DNA of 63,355 nt, filler included, from Octopus bimaculoides (taxonomy: Eukaryota): NCBI RefSeq assembly GCF_001194135.2. It is 10 parts of 8 records of this genome, joined end to end, with 100 filler letters (N's around TTAATTAATTAA, not from the genome) between each part and the next. Parts side by side here need not be neighbours in the genome. Positions count along the whole stretch, not along the records: positions 31,197 to 44,249 come from NW_026394233.1; positions 44,350 to 47,395 come from NW_026371301.1; positions 47,496 to 50,248 come from NC_068996.1; positions 50,349 to 55,024 come from NC_069002.1; 6 more parts are not named here. The stretch is one strand, 5' to 3'. Below the pieces are notes generated by a model. The model made no database searches and was not told the DNA's origin. It saw only the letters and a program-made list of their open reading frames with translations. Shown piece after piece: positions 35,441 through 50,618 of this stretch (the stretch's first letter is position 1; each line of letters begins with the position of its first letter). A program made the position numbers and the translations under genes.

Positions 35441-38400
35441 TGAATGTTTTATGAAAATACATTTGCTGTGCATGTTGTCAAGATATGTACTTTTCCTTGT
35501 TTCCTCCATTGCTGGGTTACTGCTTCGAAGAGTTTAGTTGAATTAAGTCAGTACTTATTTATTAAAGCTTGGTGCCTATTCTCTCACTTTCTTTCTTTGA
35601 ACTGCTAGGTTACAGTGATGTTAATACACTAACAGCAACTGTGAAGTGGTGGTGGGGGACAAAGAAAACAGAAACACATTGATATATACATATATTTAAA
35701 CACACATACACATATAGTGAGCTTCTAGTTTTCATCAACCATATTCATTCACAAGGCTTTATTTTCTCTGGGGCTGTAGATGAGGACATTTTCCTGGGGT
35801 TCATAGTGAGACTGAGACCATGGGAGGTAAGCTTCTCAACCACCCATCCACACTTGCATCTTTAAAGAATTGTTTTGTTTGATAGGCTTCTTTGAATTTT
35901 TTTTTACATCCTTCTCTTATCTTATTCTTTTTCTTAATCCTATACTTTGTTCCGGTATTGCATTTCTTATTTCTAGAGCCATAAGTGTAGGCTAATTTTT
36001 ACACTACCTCAGTAAAATATAGAATAAATTTATTTGCTTGAACAAATAGAAAATATTTTAAAATAAATATAAAAACTCAGTTTTTCTCCGGAGATTTCGT
36101 GTATTTTGAAACATCTTTTAAATCATTAATACCTACTTGGAAGAAAAGCCAGTATTTTAAATTCTATATGAATAGCTTATTGTATAAAGTATTAAAGGCT
36201 ATAAACACATTTTGACCCCACTTTTTAGAAATGATTTATTCATGTATTGAATTGCTTTAATTGTTACGACTAGATTCTCATTCTGTTGGACTGATCATAA
36301 CTGCTCATTGCTGCTACATGCTAGCATGGGTGGTTTTCATTGTCTTCCTTTTGTATTGTTGAATTGTAAAGTAAGATATTTGATAAATGATTCTGCAGTG
36401 ACTTCATTTCTGATCTTTATTAAATTATCTTATCTTTGATGTAATTCTCAGACAGCATTATGTTTGGTACCTTTGAAGCTATTGCTTCTTTTGTTACTAT
36501 TATTTATTCTTTGCTTTGAACTTTATTTTACTTGGCATATTTTCTGAATGATGTGAGTATGGTGTGAGTATTTGATATGAATCATTGCATATTTTTGGTA
36601 TAAAGTACTTACCTTTAAGAAACTCTCAAAATTTCATTCTTTCTGATGTTCAATTTTTTAGTTTAGAGATTTAGATTTATGTTCAGCAATATTGAATGAG
36701 CTAAGTCAGTCACCCAAATTATATAAATGCATAATGCTGCTCTATTTTGAAAACACAAGAATATGTATTTTGTTTAAATTACCCACCTTAAATTATTGGA
36801 AATTTGGAATGCTACAGCTTGATCACTCTTTCATCTTCTTCTATTCATAAACTAAAATGCTAATAAATTTTAAAATAACTTGTTTTCCTGTATGTTGTTG
36901 CATATACCGACAAATATAAAAACAATATCTGCACATGTTTTCATACTGACAGCACCACACTCAAAGATCACTGAAATAGCAAAACCCAAATGTACCAAAA
37001 ATAATGCTCTCCAGGAATTACAACAAAGATAAGAAAATTTCTGCATCTCGTGGCTAAGTTCTGTTTTGACTTGCTGTAAAATATTCAGTGAGTTGAAAAG
37101 TCTTAAGCACTTAATGTTATGACCACATAGTTTTAAAATCACCCACTGACTCATATGATTCAAATACAAAATACAGTTGCAGTGCAACAAAGTTATCTTC
37201 AGACCAAAATGGTACTGGGGAGGTTAAAAAAAGAAGGTAAAACAGACTCTGAGACAGTTATGATTTGCATCAGCAAAAACAGTGGATTAAATGGACTGTG
37301 TCTGTAACAAATATGGGTGATCTTATAAATTTTCAGCTATTTTGAACTATGCTGATCACTTTTTTTCTTTATTGAATGGATTACCATACCTATAGTTGTA
37401 CAAAACATAAACTAGATAGATGTCCCAACCACAACTACTATTTTGCATTTCTAAATGCCCTTGAATTTAGATAACTCAGAAAAATATGAAAAGCTTTATG
37501 AAGCAGGAAAGTTAAATTATAATATTCAACATTATTAACTTTAGTCATCTTGAAATTTCAGTTATATTTTTAGAGCTATGTTTTTCGTTTTAATTTTTAG
37601 GGTATAAGAAATAAAATTCTTAGAAGCTATAAAAGAAGATAGTTTTATTTTATTAAAAGAGACTAGTGTATCTTTGCATGACTCAATGATTCAGATTCAC
37701 ATTTTTAAAATTCTATAGACTTGCCACTTAATGTGATTATTTTTTCGTCATATACAGCAACGTAATTATGTAGAGAAAAGAAAACATTTATTTAACTTCA
37801 GTGTTGGGGCTAAGGATTTATCAATGACATGGGAGAAAAAAAGTTCCTAAAAATAATCAAGTACTCTGGTTGTGAAGTTGAGGTCTTAGATTATGGATTG
37901 TATGGTCACCAATTTAAACTTCTACGGCTACTGTATTGTTTCCCATTTGCACAAGTGTGTTGTAAAAACAACTACTCTAAAAGTATGCAAGTGTATATAT
38001 TGTTTATTCATCACATCTTAGGTAGTGTAGAAAAATACATGTAAAATAGTTGAGATAACAATTTAGAAAATCATCTCTACTGCTGTAGATAATTATAAGA
38101 TGGAAGCATAATAATGTCACCATTCACTGTGCTAAAGAAATTTAAAATGTGTTCCTGCATCTATTGAAACCAACACTAGTATGCCAGAACAGCAATGAAG
38201 ACAATTCAGGAAATTAAATCAGTGAAGGCTGCAAGATCTTCCATGAACAAGTTAACTCTTGTCACATGTTTGGCTAACTAAATAATACAAGTAAGAAACT
38301 TGTTGATGATTTTCACTGCAGCATTATTCTTAACAGATGCAAAGCAATGATGATGCTGTGAAGAAAGGAAATTAAGGAAGTTTTAAATTAATAGATTAGG

Positions 38401-41209
38401 AAAGTAATGAAAAAAAAAAAGCATCCGAAGCAAAATAATCAAAGCATCTTAAAGAAGATATACAATAGAATATAAAGAAACACATAAAATATATTAGAAT
38501 TTATACCAAGATACTGTATCATAGGTTCATATTTCTAATGAGACTTTCTGTAAAATAGTGTGCTTTTCTTCATCATGAGAAAGATTTTAAGTCTTGCTAT
38601 TAAGAGAGATTGGTATAAATTAATAGACAGTACAGGCTACTATAACAAAATTGAATGGACTGAATAATTTATGCAATTTAACATGAACTCCATCTTTAAG
38701 GGTTTAAGGAATCAAGTGAATATTCAATGGAACTCTGTTGCTTCATAATCCAAATCTTTTCAGATAATTTGAAGGAATTCATTATTGAATTGTTATTTCT
38801 ATTGACAACATGATAGTCCTTTATTCACTGTATAACAATTCAGAAAAAAACATCACATTACACAGGAGTCTGAAAAGGTAAGAAGATAATATCGCCTAAA
38901 CAACTAAGTTATTAGAAATAAAAAGGAGCACTAGATTGTGACTTAGTTGAAATATGACCAGACTTATTAAGGTAGGAAGAGTTAACAGGAATTTGGTATT
39001 ATTAATTTTTGCCATCTGTACATATACAAAGCTTTTGCAGTTTATGTCTTGGTCCAACAGACATGGTGAACAACCGGAGACTGATTACCTTAATCTTGTA
39101 TGTTTACATCAGGTTTGAGTTATGTTCCTTATTTCACTATTAAATATTTACTGCTAGAATACAAGAATTTAAGAGAATTACTGTTAAAAGGTTTCTTTTT
39201 CTTCAAAGAAATGATTGGTACTATGATAAGAAACCTGTAGGTATTTTTCTTTTTCCTTATAGTAATGGGGCTTATGCTAGTGTAACATAGTGGAACAAAC
39301 ATGCAGTTATGAAACAAACATTGCAAAATGAGAAAGCGATTGTGCTTTAAGGATTAGAAACTCTGGTATAGGATCATAAAAAACTACAACAGATATTGTT
39401 TTAGCTGAGAGAATTCGAAATGTGATATTTAGGTTAGGCTCTGGATAATATGGCTCTTTAAATTCAAGGTCTGGACTTAAGGATATGAGTGGTGTGGGAT
39501 CACAACTTAATTTTTGTCAACACTGAAATACTGATTTAAATTAACGATTGTAGGGAAACAAATTTGCATTAAGATTGTAATCATTACTTAATGAACTGTA
39601 GTTATATGTATTAACATTGAATACCATGGGAAAATACTATATGAAGTTGAATAAGATATAATTGAGGCGATATCATTAGCTCTATCTGCTCTTTGCAGTG
39701 GTTAGGTTTCATAGTGTTTATTACTGTATATTCCTGCTCATAAGATTGCCCACTGATTTGACAGTTCCCCTTTCTTACTCCCTCAATAAGTGGTATTTGC
39801 TTTGAATTTCTTTGAAAAATACATGATTTGACCATAAAAACAATAGATCAGCTAATTACCATATTATCTCATTCTAAGAAATAGAGTTAGAGAAAATCCT
39901 GCTCTGGTTGTTTCACATGCTGAAAATGTTTCCAGCTAAAAAATGGTTTGATTATTAAAAATATCTATCTTAATCCTCTTTGAAGTTTTTTCTTTTCCAC
40001 ATCTATTGGGAGTTTCTGTACAATTTGAGTCCACTGCCTGAGGCAGAAATCTTACCTGTTCATAAAGTAAGTGCACTAGTCACTTGATACTTGATATATG
40101 TTGTTTCCAGTTCTTTAAGCATCTACAGAGCATGGCAGAAAATAGTTGCATTTGTAAAAGTATAGCTAATGGAACAAAGTTCTAAAATGCATTCTTTCAT
40201 TTGTTTTCATTTTACCATGTAGAGCCTGTTCAGTTCTCAGGTTTTACATGGCATCTGATATGGCATTTCTGAATCTGTCCTTCTATCCCCAGTCCCTCAT
40301 AATTTTATCTGCAATGCCAAAAGCCCATTCAGCTGGGCAATTTGGGTTTTGATTAAAATGCTTATTTTCAACTTGAATTTTGCATTATAAGAATTCCATT
40401 TTGTTTTCTGTCAAATGATTCTGGGACAAGATTGCTGTCTTTAAACTGGATAATGACAATTATATTTTTATTGACTAACAACAACTGTAAACTTAATGTA
40501 AAGACTAATTATAAAGCTTCCTATTGCATCTCACCAAACACTGCACTCTTCCATTTATTGATAAATGGTTATGTCAGAATGTCTTTTTTTTTTTTATAGG
40601 GAACAGAGATTTGAAGCCATACTGTTAGCATAGCCAGTAATTTATATTACTTGGTAATGCTAAACGCTGATCTAAAATTAGGCAGTGTTTGCCCATATTT
40701 TCATTATAAACTGGAGAGAAACAAAACAAACAGATTTAAACCTTCATATATTTTTCATGTTCATCAAATATTTCTTGTGAGGGATCATAGACAACGACAT
40801 ACCTATGACTAAATTCATTCCAAAATACCATGTTTAAATAAATCCGGCCAAAAACAAACAAAATGTCTATTTTATTTCATCCTCATCATTATTGTCATCA
40901 TTTAATGTCTGTTTTCCATACTGGCATGGGTTGGACAGTTTGACAGGAGCTTGGCTGAAGAGCTGCCCAAGCTCCATGTCTGCTTTGGCATGGTTTCTAT
41001 GGCTGGATGCCCTTCCTAACACCAACCGCTTTACAGAGTGCATTCATGCAGCACCAGCACAGGTGCATTTACATGGCACTGGTATGGGTGCTTTTTATGT
41101 GGCATCAACTCTCCTGAGCCTACAAGACTGGGAATGCTCAGCTAAAGAGGGATGCAGGGGATATGCCTGTATGCAAGGGCAACCTTGATTTTACTTAGCA
41201 TGGCGTGTC

Positions 41210-41487
41210 TTTTCAAGCACAGCAAACTGCCAGTAGTCTCAGCCCTGTCATCCCTTCTGTGAGGCTCAATATCTGAAAATCTTTTCTCATCACTTCATCC
41301 CACATTTTCCTGGATCTGCTCCTTCCACAAGTTCCCTCCAGAATTAGAAATTGGCATCTCTTCATATAACTGTCATCATTCATACATATTACATTATTGT
41401 ACCAGCGCAGTTTTCTCTCTTGCACACTACATCTGATGCCTTGTATACCCAGTTTTTCTCTCAGATCACTTACACTCTGTCATGTCT
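41210..41487 (-). mobile_element. RTE 3' fragment
   Basis: MQERKLRWYNNVICM...EGTCGRSRSRKMWDEV. Confidence 0.75.
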
Positions 41488-41894
41488 GCAAGAAAATGAC
41501 AAAACATTGCTAAAACGTAAAATATAATTATCAATCCTCTGTATCAATTCCAAAATGTGTTTTTTTTTTAAAAATGACTTTTCTTTTCAAAGTCCTTTCT
41601 AAAATATATTTGATCAATAGTTGTTGTCCCTATCATTTTCAGAAACTCAGCGTGACTGAAAATTCCCCATCTTTTAAGCAGAAATATGTAACAATTGTTA
41701 AATTGATTTCACTGAATATATATCAAGCTTAACTTGAATGGTTACATTGAAACAATAGTTAAGATACTTTATGGTTCTGATACTAACAAATACAGATTTG
41801 AGCAGGTAGTTTTGCAGCATTATATTTACCTTTTATAATCTTACATTTATGTTGTGTGTTCAAGAAATGTTATAATTCATAACAATTATTATAT

Positions 41895-42192
41895 GCATAC
41901 TGGCTCCCGTAGGATTTTCGAGCGAGATCGTTGCCAGTGCCCCTGGACTGGCTTGTGCGGGTGGCACATAAAAGACACCATTTCGAGCGTGGCCGTTTTC
42001 GTGCGGGTGACACGTAAAAGCACCCACTACACTCTCTGAGTGGTTGGCATTAGGAAGGGCATCCAGCTGTAGAAACTCTGCCAAATTAGATTGGAGCCTG
42101 GTGTTGCCATCCGGTTTCACCAGTCCTCAGTCAAATCGTCCAACCCATGCTAGCATAGAAAGCGGACGTTAAACGATGATGATGATGATGAC
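41895..42192 (+). mobile_element. SINE family B ending in a (GAT)n tail
   Basis: ...caacccatgctagcat.gaaagcggacgttaaacgatgatgat; copies or fragments near 4583-4640, 15040-15430(-), 18100-18280, 18293-18395(-), 31197-31480, 40880-41230(-), 44005-44229(-), 44930-45207. Confidence 0.85.
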
Positions 42193-42589
42193 ATAAGATT
42201 TCTACTGTGAATATATTTAGTTATCAATATTCAATATTTTTTCTTGATGATTATATTGTAGACTTACAGGGAGAGATAAAGTTTTCTTGCTGATAATTTT
42301 TTACAATTAAGTTTTCATACTGATAGTTTTTACAAGTCTGGCTATAAGATATAGTTCAATAACATTTCCTTTAAATTCAGTAGCATAAATATAATTTACA
42401 GATAATAGATATCTATTGTGATTTGTAAACTTTCTTTTAGGTTTTTCAATTATAAACCTACCCTCTTGAGACAAATAACATTCACCTAATTTTGTTTTTG
42501 TATCAGAAATACTGATATAGTAAACTGTATCATTTGGCTTTTGGCAATTCTAGTTAATCTAAGAATGGATTGCTGTTTCCACCTCTCCT

Positions 42590-42674
<85 letters not shown>

Positions 42675-44349
42675 TATACACACATATAAATTCAGTCTTA
42701 TATGTGCAACAAAAAGAATATTTGTACATCTAATTCAAAGTATTATTTAATCTTCAAAAAATTTTTTAAATCAGAAAATAAATACGTACCTTTTATGTTT
42801 GAGTCATAAATTATTGTTATATTCTGATATTTTAAAATGCTTCAACATTTACTATTTCAAATTCAATACAGTCTGACATGATTGGTTAAATATGCATATT
42901 AGAGCCAGTATTTTTATAGTTGTACTTCTTTTCTTCTGCCAATTGTGTCTATTTATGGATAATGATGTGTTTTGCTTGGAAATATTCCTATAAATTCATG
43001 ATTAGATTATTATTCAAAATATTTTCACTGTCCCAAGCAGCAGTGAGTTGAGGATATCACTGATGCTCTTTTAAATATTTATACACAACCTAGATAACAA
43101 ATTCACAGCTTTGATTGCCTCCAGTTTACTTAAATGAATATAAATTATTGAACTTGAAATATCGATATTAGCATCCTTTCCCATTTTGCCTTAATATGGA
43201 CTGTGATTCTTGTATTATCAGCTCTATTGGAATACAGTCTTGAATATTTGTGACTCATCATGAAGTTGCCTAATCTTAATTATTCGTCTTGGGCTGCAGA
43301 TGCAAGTGCAAATGCTTATCACTTGGTTTGATGAAGAATTTCATGTTCTCGTGAAGTGGATTCTTTTATGTTGGATAAGCTTAGATAATTTCTCTCTGAC
43401 TAGTGATAGGTTCTATAATAGAATTTATCAGTGAAACATAGGACTTATCTCCTATTTGAGTTATTTTTTGTCTTGATGCTTTTTTAATGCAATGTCTATT
43501 GTATCTGATGTAATATTCTATGATATCTGCTATAGCATTCTGTTTCTCTAGAAGTTGTTTTGTGGTTATTCTTTGCCAAATGGCATATCTATTCATTGTT
43601 TACACTCTTCCAAATTTTGGGAGAGATTCTGCTTTAAGACAATCTGTTGTAGTGGCATCTGTGACACTGAAATACCTTTTCAGCTTGAGTTGCAGAGTCA
43701 TGTTTTGCATAATATATGAATTTGTTGAATAGACTGTTAGACATATTCAAAGGACATCTAAACTTAGGATTGTTTCAGAAGTGAACAAGACAGTTATGTA
43801 TTGAAATATGTTGAAACAGACTACATTATGTGGAGGTTTACACTGTGTTATTGTGTTTGCTTTATATATGGATGCCACAAATCCTGTGTTGTCTCTTCTG
43901 CAATCTACTCATGTGGTCAAAATGCTTTACCAAAATATATACTGAGATCTTTCATGCACTTTTTAATTTTGCTTGGATTTCTAATGCCTTTTTCAACTCA
44001 TCATAATCATCATCATCATCGTTTAACGTCCGCTTTCCATGCTAGCATGGGTTGGACGATTTGACTGAGGACTGGTGAAACCGGATGGCAACACCAGGCT
44101 CCAGTCTGATTTGGCAGAGTTTCTACAGCTGGATGCCCTTCCTAACGCCAACCACTCAGAGAGTGTAGTGGGTGCTTTTACGTGTCACCCGCACGAAAAC
44201 GGCCACGCTCGAAATGGTGTCTTTTATGTGCCACCCGCACAAGCCAGTCNNNNNNNNNNNNNNNNNNNNNNNNNNNNNNNNNNNNNNNNNNNNTTAATTA
44301 ATTAANNNNNNNNNNNNNNNNNNNNNNNNNNNNNNNNNNNNNNNNNNNN

Positions 44350-44520
44350 TAGTATAGAATGGGAAAAAATTAGCATGGCTATACCTTATAAAACAAGGAG
44401 GAAGACTTGTGACTTGTGCCTAGAAAATGTACCATATTTTTACATTTAAACACCTATTGCTAAATAGTAGACAAGGACAGGCCTTGAGATGTTTACATCT
44501 GCATGGTAAAGCCTCTTAGC
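44350..44520 (+). mobile_element. PLE GIY-YIG C-terminal fragment
   Basis: IEWEKISMAIPYKTRRKTCDLCLE resembles the recalled I.W.I...PY....RC.LCL.EK motif. Confidence 0.5.
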
Positions 44521-47034
44521 ATTTTCATACAGGTATTGGGTAGAATGATATCACAGCCTTTTCTCTTGATGTTTAGTTTTTCTGTCTGCACAATTCTGCA
44601 TAAAGAAGTGAAAGTAGATGGTATCTGCAGAAAAGGGAAACCCGAGAAGTCATGAAATGAAGTGGTAAAGGACCAATCTCAGGATGTTGAGCCTAACTGA
44701 AGAAATGACAATGGACTGAAATGTCTGATGATATGAGGTTCTTGAGAAGACCTGCCTATGTTAGTGAAACTGAGTCCTAGAAGTATTGTGTCCCACCACA
44801 GTTAACAAGAAAACTTCTCACACACCCTACCACTACAAACTAAAGCACATTTCTACTTCTCTTCTCTTCCTTGCATTTCCACTTCATGCGCTATGCTTAC
44901 CTTCCACTCCCCAATCTTGTCCTCTTGACCACTTAAAAAGCATCCCGACCACACTGAAAAATGGTTGGCATTTGTAAGGGCATCCAAACCTTGCCAAAAC
45001 TGACCTTGCCTGTGCTTGTGCCACATAAAAACCATTAAGTTCACTCTGGTGAGTGGTTAGTGTTAGGAAGGGCATCCATCTGTAAAAATCTTGCCAAAAC
45101 AATAACAGAAGTCTGGTGCAGGCTTCTGCCTGGCCAGCGCCTATCAAACTGTCCCACCTTTGCCAGCATGGAAAGTGGACGTTAAACGACAACGACGATG
45201 ATGATGTTCATGCATGTTGTCTATACAGCGGAATTTACCTGATGCATTTCTTTCTGGCCTTTTAGCATCCAAAGAGAGAACCGCTCTGTTGTTAACAAAG
45301 GTAGTTGCTCCCTGGACTTTTATAACCTATTCTTACTCCACCTATTATGCTTTCACAACTCATTTCTAATGCTGATTAAGACAGTTAAGTTATGGAAGAT
45401 ATCAACTATTAACAAACTTGAGAAATTTCCTTTATTTCTTGGGAGTGCTTTTATTGCTACTCTTATGAATGAAATCCTCTTCTCTATAAGCCTGTCTTGT
45501 ACTGTTTGTGTACTTATTGTTTACATTGGTTATATAGTATAGAGTGTTTACTGGCTCCCTTTCTACATAATGAGTGTGGCTACATCCAGTTTGGAGTAGT
45601 GTTTTGTTTTATTTTCTGCAAACTAAAAATTTCATTTTTGCTTAATTAACCTTTAGGCCCTTTCATTCTAGGCTCTGCTTTTATGTTAGGAACTTTTCTC
45701 AAAAACCTTTTCCTGATCTGATTATGAGTGTTTATGGCTGCATTTATGTAGAACGTGCTGTTCTTGATGGTTGACCACTTAATATCTTACTTTTTTGCAA
45801 CATGGTCTCTTTGTAATTTGTCTGTCTAACTAAATTCATCTTTCCGCATACTTAAAGGTGAAGTTTGTTTAAAAAAATGGCTAAACAATACCGTAACATC
45901 TAAATAAAGGAACAAATTGGATAATGTGTTCCTATATCCCTAACGTAGTTACTCATAAATTATTGTAGTATTGCCACTATTTATCATGATACTTGTTTAC
46001 ACTATAACTGTGTAGTAACAATAAATATATAATGAAGCAGGGTAACAACGTAACAATACAACAAATGCTCCATGAACTATATATGAACCAACAAATGATA
46101 TTCCGACAAACTCTCCAAATGACACCTTATGACTTTCTGCAATTAATGCTTATTCTCTCTCATTCCGACCACTATTATTTATAGTTGTTCGGTCAAGTCT
46201 ATTCTCACAGGAGGTGTCATGACTCTCGCCACAACACAGGGAAAGGACGAAGAGGTCATAACTAGAATGCTTTTGGTAAAAAGTCTGTTCAATCAAGGCT
46301 AACTTATTATGATGTAATGTTTTTCAGCTTTTTCATAACCTTTAACTTGAGATGATTGACTTAACCATTGAACAGATTGTTTCCTTTCATCTTATATTCA
46401 GTTTCTTGGATGCTGCTCTTGAGTTTGATTTCTAAAATATAGTTGGCATTTCTTATGCATCACAAACTTAGAAAGTATTCTAATTGAATATCTTTTAAAG
46501 TAGGTGGTTGATAAAAGCTTCTTGATTAATATTATGAAATTTATAGATAGATTTGATGTTACATTTTCCCTAAGCAGTTGGTTCAACTAGATAATATTTC
46601 ATTGTCTACACTGCTTCTAGTGCTGGTATTTTTAAGGCATTGCAAAAATAATTTGTCAGTTTTATTAGAACAAATCTCATACTAATATCGATTAGTGCTC
46701 TTGTTGATATCACAGTTTCTCATTCAGCTTTTTATGCAATTGTATTTTCTTGTATGTTACTGCCATTTAAATCTACGCTGAGGTTAGTTGTTTCTCTAAA
46801 TTTTAGGCAAAGTTTCCTAGAATGTTAGTCAAGTTCCCATATATTTATCATATTTAGGGTCTTAGAATAGAACAATTTGCTACTCATTCAAAAATAGGTA
46901 TGGAAGCAGTTAGATAAGCCAAAATGCAAATTTCTTAAAAACAAAACTTACCTTTTGCTGATGAAGTGCTATTAAATTCATAAAATAATTATAAAATAAA
47001 ATATTTACAATATATTCAATCTTATTATTATTAC

Positions 47035-47094
<60 letters not shown>

Positions 47095-47495
47095 ATTATT
47101 CAATATTTGGTAGATTGAGGCAAATTTCTACTGCATCACCTGCTGGGGTGTGTGCAGCATTGTATGTTCTTTCTGCTGTTGGGAGTGTGCAAACTCTTCC
47201 CAGTACGGTACTGTATTAGCCTTTTTTCCCTTGAGGTGTGGTGCTGTCTTTCGTTGTGTTACTGCATATGTGTTGAGAGTGTAATGCTTTGGTTGTTTTA
47301 GCTTGCTGGCGGAAGCATATTTCACTGGGCAAATGATGTATAGAGTGTGTCTTGTATTTGTAGGTTGTTTTGTTTAGGTTGTATTATTGGATTGANNNNN
47401 NNNNNNNNNNNNNNNNNNNNNNNNNNNNNNNNNNNNNNNTTAATTAATTAANNNNNNNNNNNNNNNNNNNNNNNNNNNNNNNNNNNNNNNNNNNN

Positions 47496-47817
47496 GTAAA
47501 GCCTTCTGTTTGTTTTCCTGTCTTGTTTTTTGTCCGCCACTACATTCCTCCATGGCTAGATTTAATTTGCGTATACAGATTTAATCTGCGATCCATGGGA
47601 CGAGCCGTTTTAACGTTGCGTCCTGCCCGAAGCTCGTCGAAACGCCGGTGTTAAAACGTGGGTAGCTGATGAAGTAGAATGTTCTCTATGTGGCTCGTGT
47701 GTTCTCGTCTACGTTTGTTTGCAATGTCCTGTACCCAGATATGCACCTATACATACAGGTGGATGTCGGTATGCACATACCTGTACGTATATATGCATAT
47801 ACTCATTTACTTTTGTT

Positions 47818-47849
<32 letters not shown>

Positions 47850-48220
47850 TATATACATACATGTACATACATATATATATATACATACATATATTCCTTC
47901 AAATCTACCTACAAGGATTTGGTCGGCCCGAAGTTATAGTCGATGATTCTTGTCCAAGCTGCTACGCGGTTGGGCTAAATCTAGAAATATTTGAATGGGA
48001 GGTAAACTTCCACCCACTTATATATCTTTCTGAAAGAGTGAGCGTGTTTGCACGCGCGCCAGCCCGCTTCCATGTATTTGTACGGTTATATGTTTATTTG
48101 TTTGACGTCCTGTGTCATGAAGCTAAACTTTCCCTTATGCCGAGTCAATTCTTCTATCCCCCCCCCTTATATCATGTATAATCGTTTGCTTTGTCGACTC
48201 ATGTGATTAACCAAGCGTCA
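47496..48220. repeat. Unclassified microsatellite-bearing repeat family
   Basis: gtcctgtacccagatatgca.ctata.ataca.gt.gatgt.ggtatg is shared with 16110-16200 and, inverted, with ~4480-4560. Confidence 0.6.
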
Positions 48221-48359
48221 ACCGTTCTGTGATAATGAATGTATGTATAAATATAAATATATATATATATACATATATATGTATGCATGTATGTATGTAT
48301 TTATGTATGTATGTATGTATGTATGTATGCGTACGAGTGTGTGGGTATGTGCCTGTGTA

Positions 48360-48402
<43 letters not shown>

Positions 48403-48488
48403 AAGTGTATATATATACTATATATCGTATAAATATGTATATAGCATACATATATATATATATGTACAATTATATATATATACATATA

Positions 48489-48578
<90 letters not shown>

Positions 48579-48720
48579 TAGATATACATGTATACATATA
48601 TGTCTTTTTTTTGTTTTTTTTTAATTATTACTTTTGCGAGTGAAGATATATAACCTGCCATTAACGATATAAATATTACATGCTCCTGCATAGAAAGCTT
48701 AAACAACCAGATGACCAACA

Positions 48721-48767
<47 letters not shown>

Positions 48768-48808
48768 TAATAATAATAATATTGTTTTGCTCTTGCCTTA
48801 ATTTGATT

Positions 48809-48850
<42 letters not shown>

Positions 48851-49697
48851 ATTATCATCATTATTATTTTATTTATATTTTCATAGCCTATGATTTCTAC
48901 AGAGATATAAACTAACTCTTCTGCAGCTTATTAAATTTACTTTCTTGCTGCGCCGTCGTTAAGCCGTATCAATTATGGGAGTCCGTCAACTTTTAAGTGT
49001 CTCAAAGCTCTGTCCCTCAATTCGGCTCTGCATGAAACCGTCACTATCTAAATTTTTAGATCACTATCGGTGTTATTTCGCAGTGGTTTGGCTCAGGGTA
49101 AATAGAATAGAAATAGAAATAAAAGATAAAAAAAAATAATTGTCACAGTGAGACACACTCATGTGTATTTACACATGTATCCCTGTATGGTGACACGCGT
49201 GCGTTTCACACACATGCATGCTCCCATACGCATCTACATATATATCTATACGCTGCCAAATGCACACAAGCAAATGCAAACATTATGAGACTTACCTTCT
49301 ACATACATGTACAATTTTATATTTGGCACTTGGCGATAAATGAAACAAACTTAAACATCACCAAAAAGATAAATAAATAAAATCAAGGTTAAAAAAAAAG
49401 CTGCTAATGGAGCAGCAGATGTCTCCTTAACTCTGTTCCGCAGTTTAAGTGATCAATCAACTCTTAGTTCATACTGGATGTTTATGAGTGTATAAATTTT
49501 GTTTTACATGTGTGCTTACAGACATGTGTCTGTGTGCATATGTTTGTACTTACGTGTGTTAAAATCCCTCAATGAGACATCACAACGTTCTGAGCTACAT
49601 TAAAATAAACACATTTTGGGCAATGGCGTGTTCCGAATTACCTTGCTTGTTTGAAGTGTATTCACACGCAAACACACACAAAACACACACGCACACA

Positions 49698-49737
<40 letters not shown>

Positions 49738-50208
49738 TATACAGAGAGACATTTACTTGCATGGAAGTATATACAAATGTGATTTTATATGCGAATAAAT
49801 AAATACGTACGGGTACATATATATGCACACAAACGTACACGCACACACGCACACACACACACACACATACACACAGACATAAACACAGAAGTATATATAT
49901 TTACTGCATATATATGCTTACACACAAAGGAGTAAGTAAACAAACCAATGTAAGTAGCATTCATCACATTTGCTTGGAGTTACTTGTGTTTAATAGCAAT
50001 TTGACTCACCTCTTTATTAGTTAAAGATCTGTGGCCCTATATCCTCGTCCTCCTCATAGTATGTTTTATCTCCGAACGTCTATGTAATGACATATCCTAC
50101 GACAACGGAACTTTAAGTGATGTTGAGGTGCGTCAAACAGTTACTGAATATACGTACATACACGCATACACACACAGGCACAAACAAACACGCACACAGA
50201 CATGCACA

Positions 50209-50248
<40 letters not shown>

Positions 50249-50556
50249 NNNNNNNNNNNNNNNNNNNNNNNNNNNNNNNNNNNNNNNNNNNNTTAATTAA
50301 TTAANNNNNNNNNNNNNNNNNNNNNNNNNNNNNNNNNNNNNNNNNNNNTATATATATATATATGTATATATAGATGCGAGTGTGTGAGTATATATACATA
50401 TATGTATACATACATATATACGTTCAATATATATATATATATATATTCATATAGATATCCTCACATATAGACGTGTATGTGTATGTACGTGTGTGTGAAT
50501 GAGTACGTGTGTTGTGTATGAATATACGTATATATGTATATATGTATGTATGTATA

Positions 50557-50618
<62 letters not shown>

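Noticed and set aside
36870-37190. 106-aa ORF
   Set aside because: No recognisable motif or convincing splice context.
39990-40070. Possible exon IYWEFLYNLSPLPEAEILPVHK ending at AAA|gtaagt
   Set aside because: Good donor but no clear acceptor and no recognised homology.
43150-43750. Minus-strand coding-like stretch (71-aa ORF at 43381-43596)
   Set aside because: Many stops around it and no diagnostic motif; possibly an old TE but not assignable.
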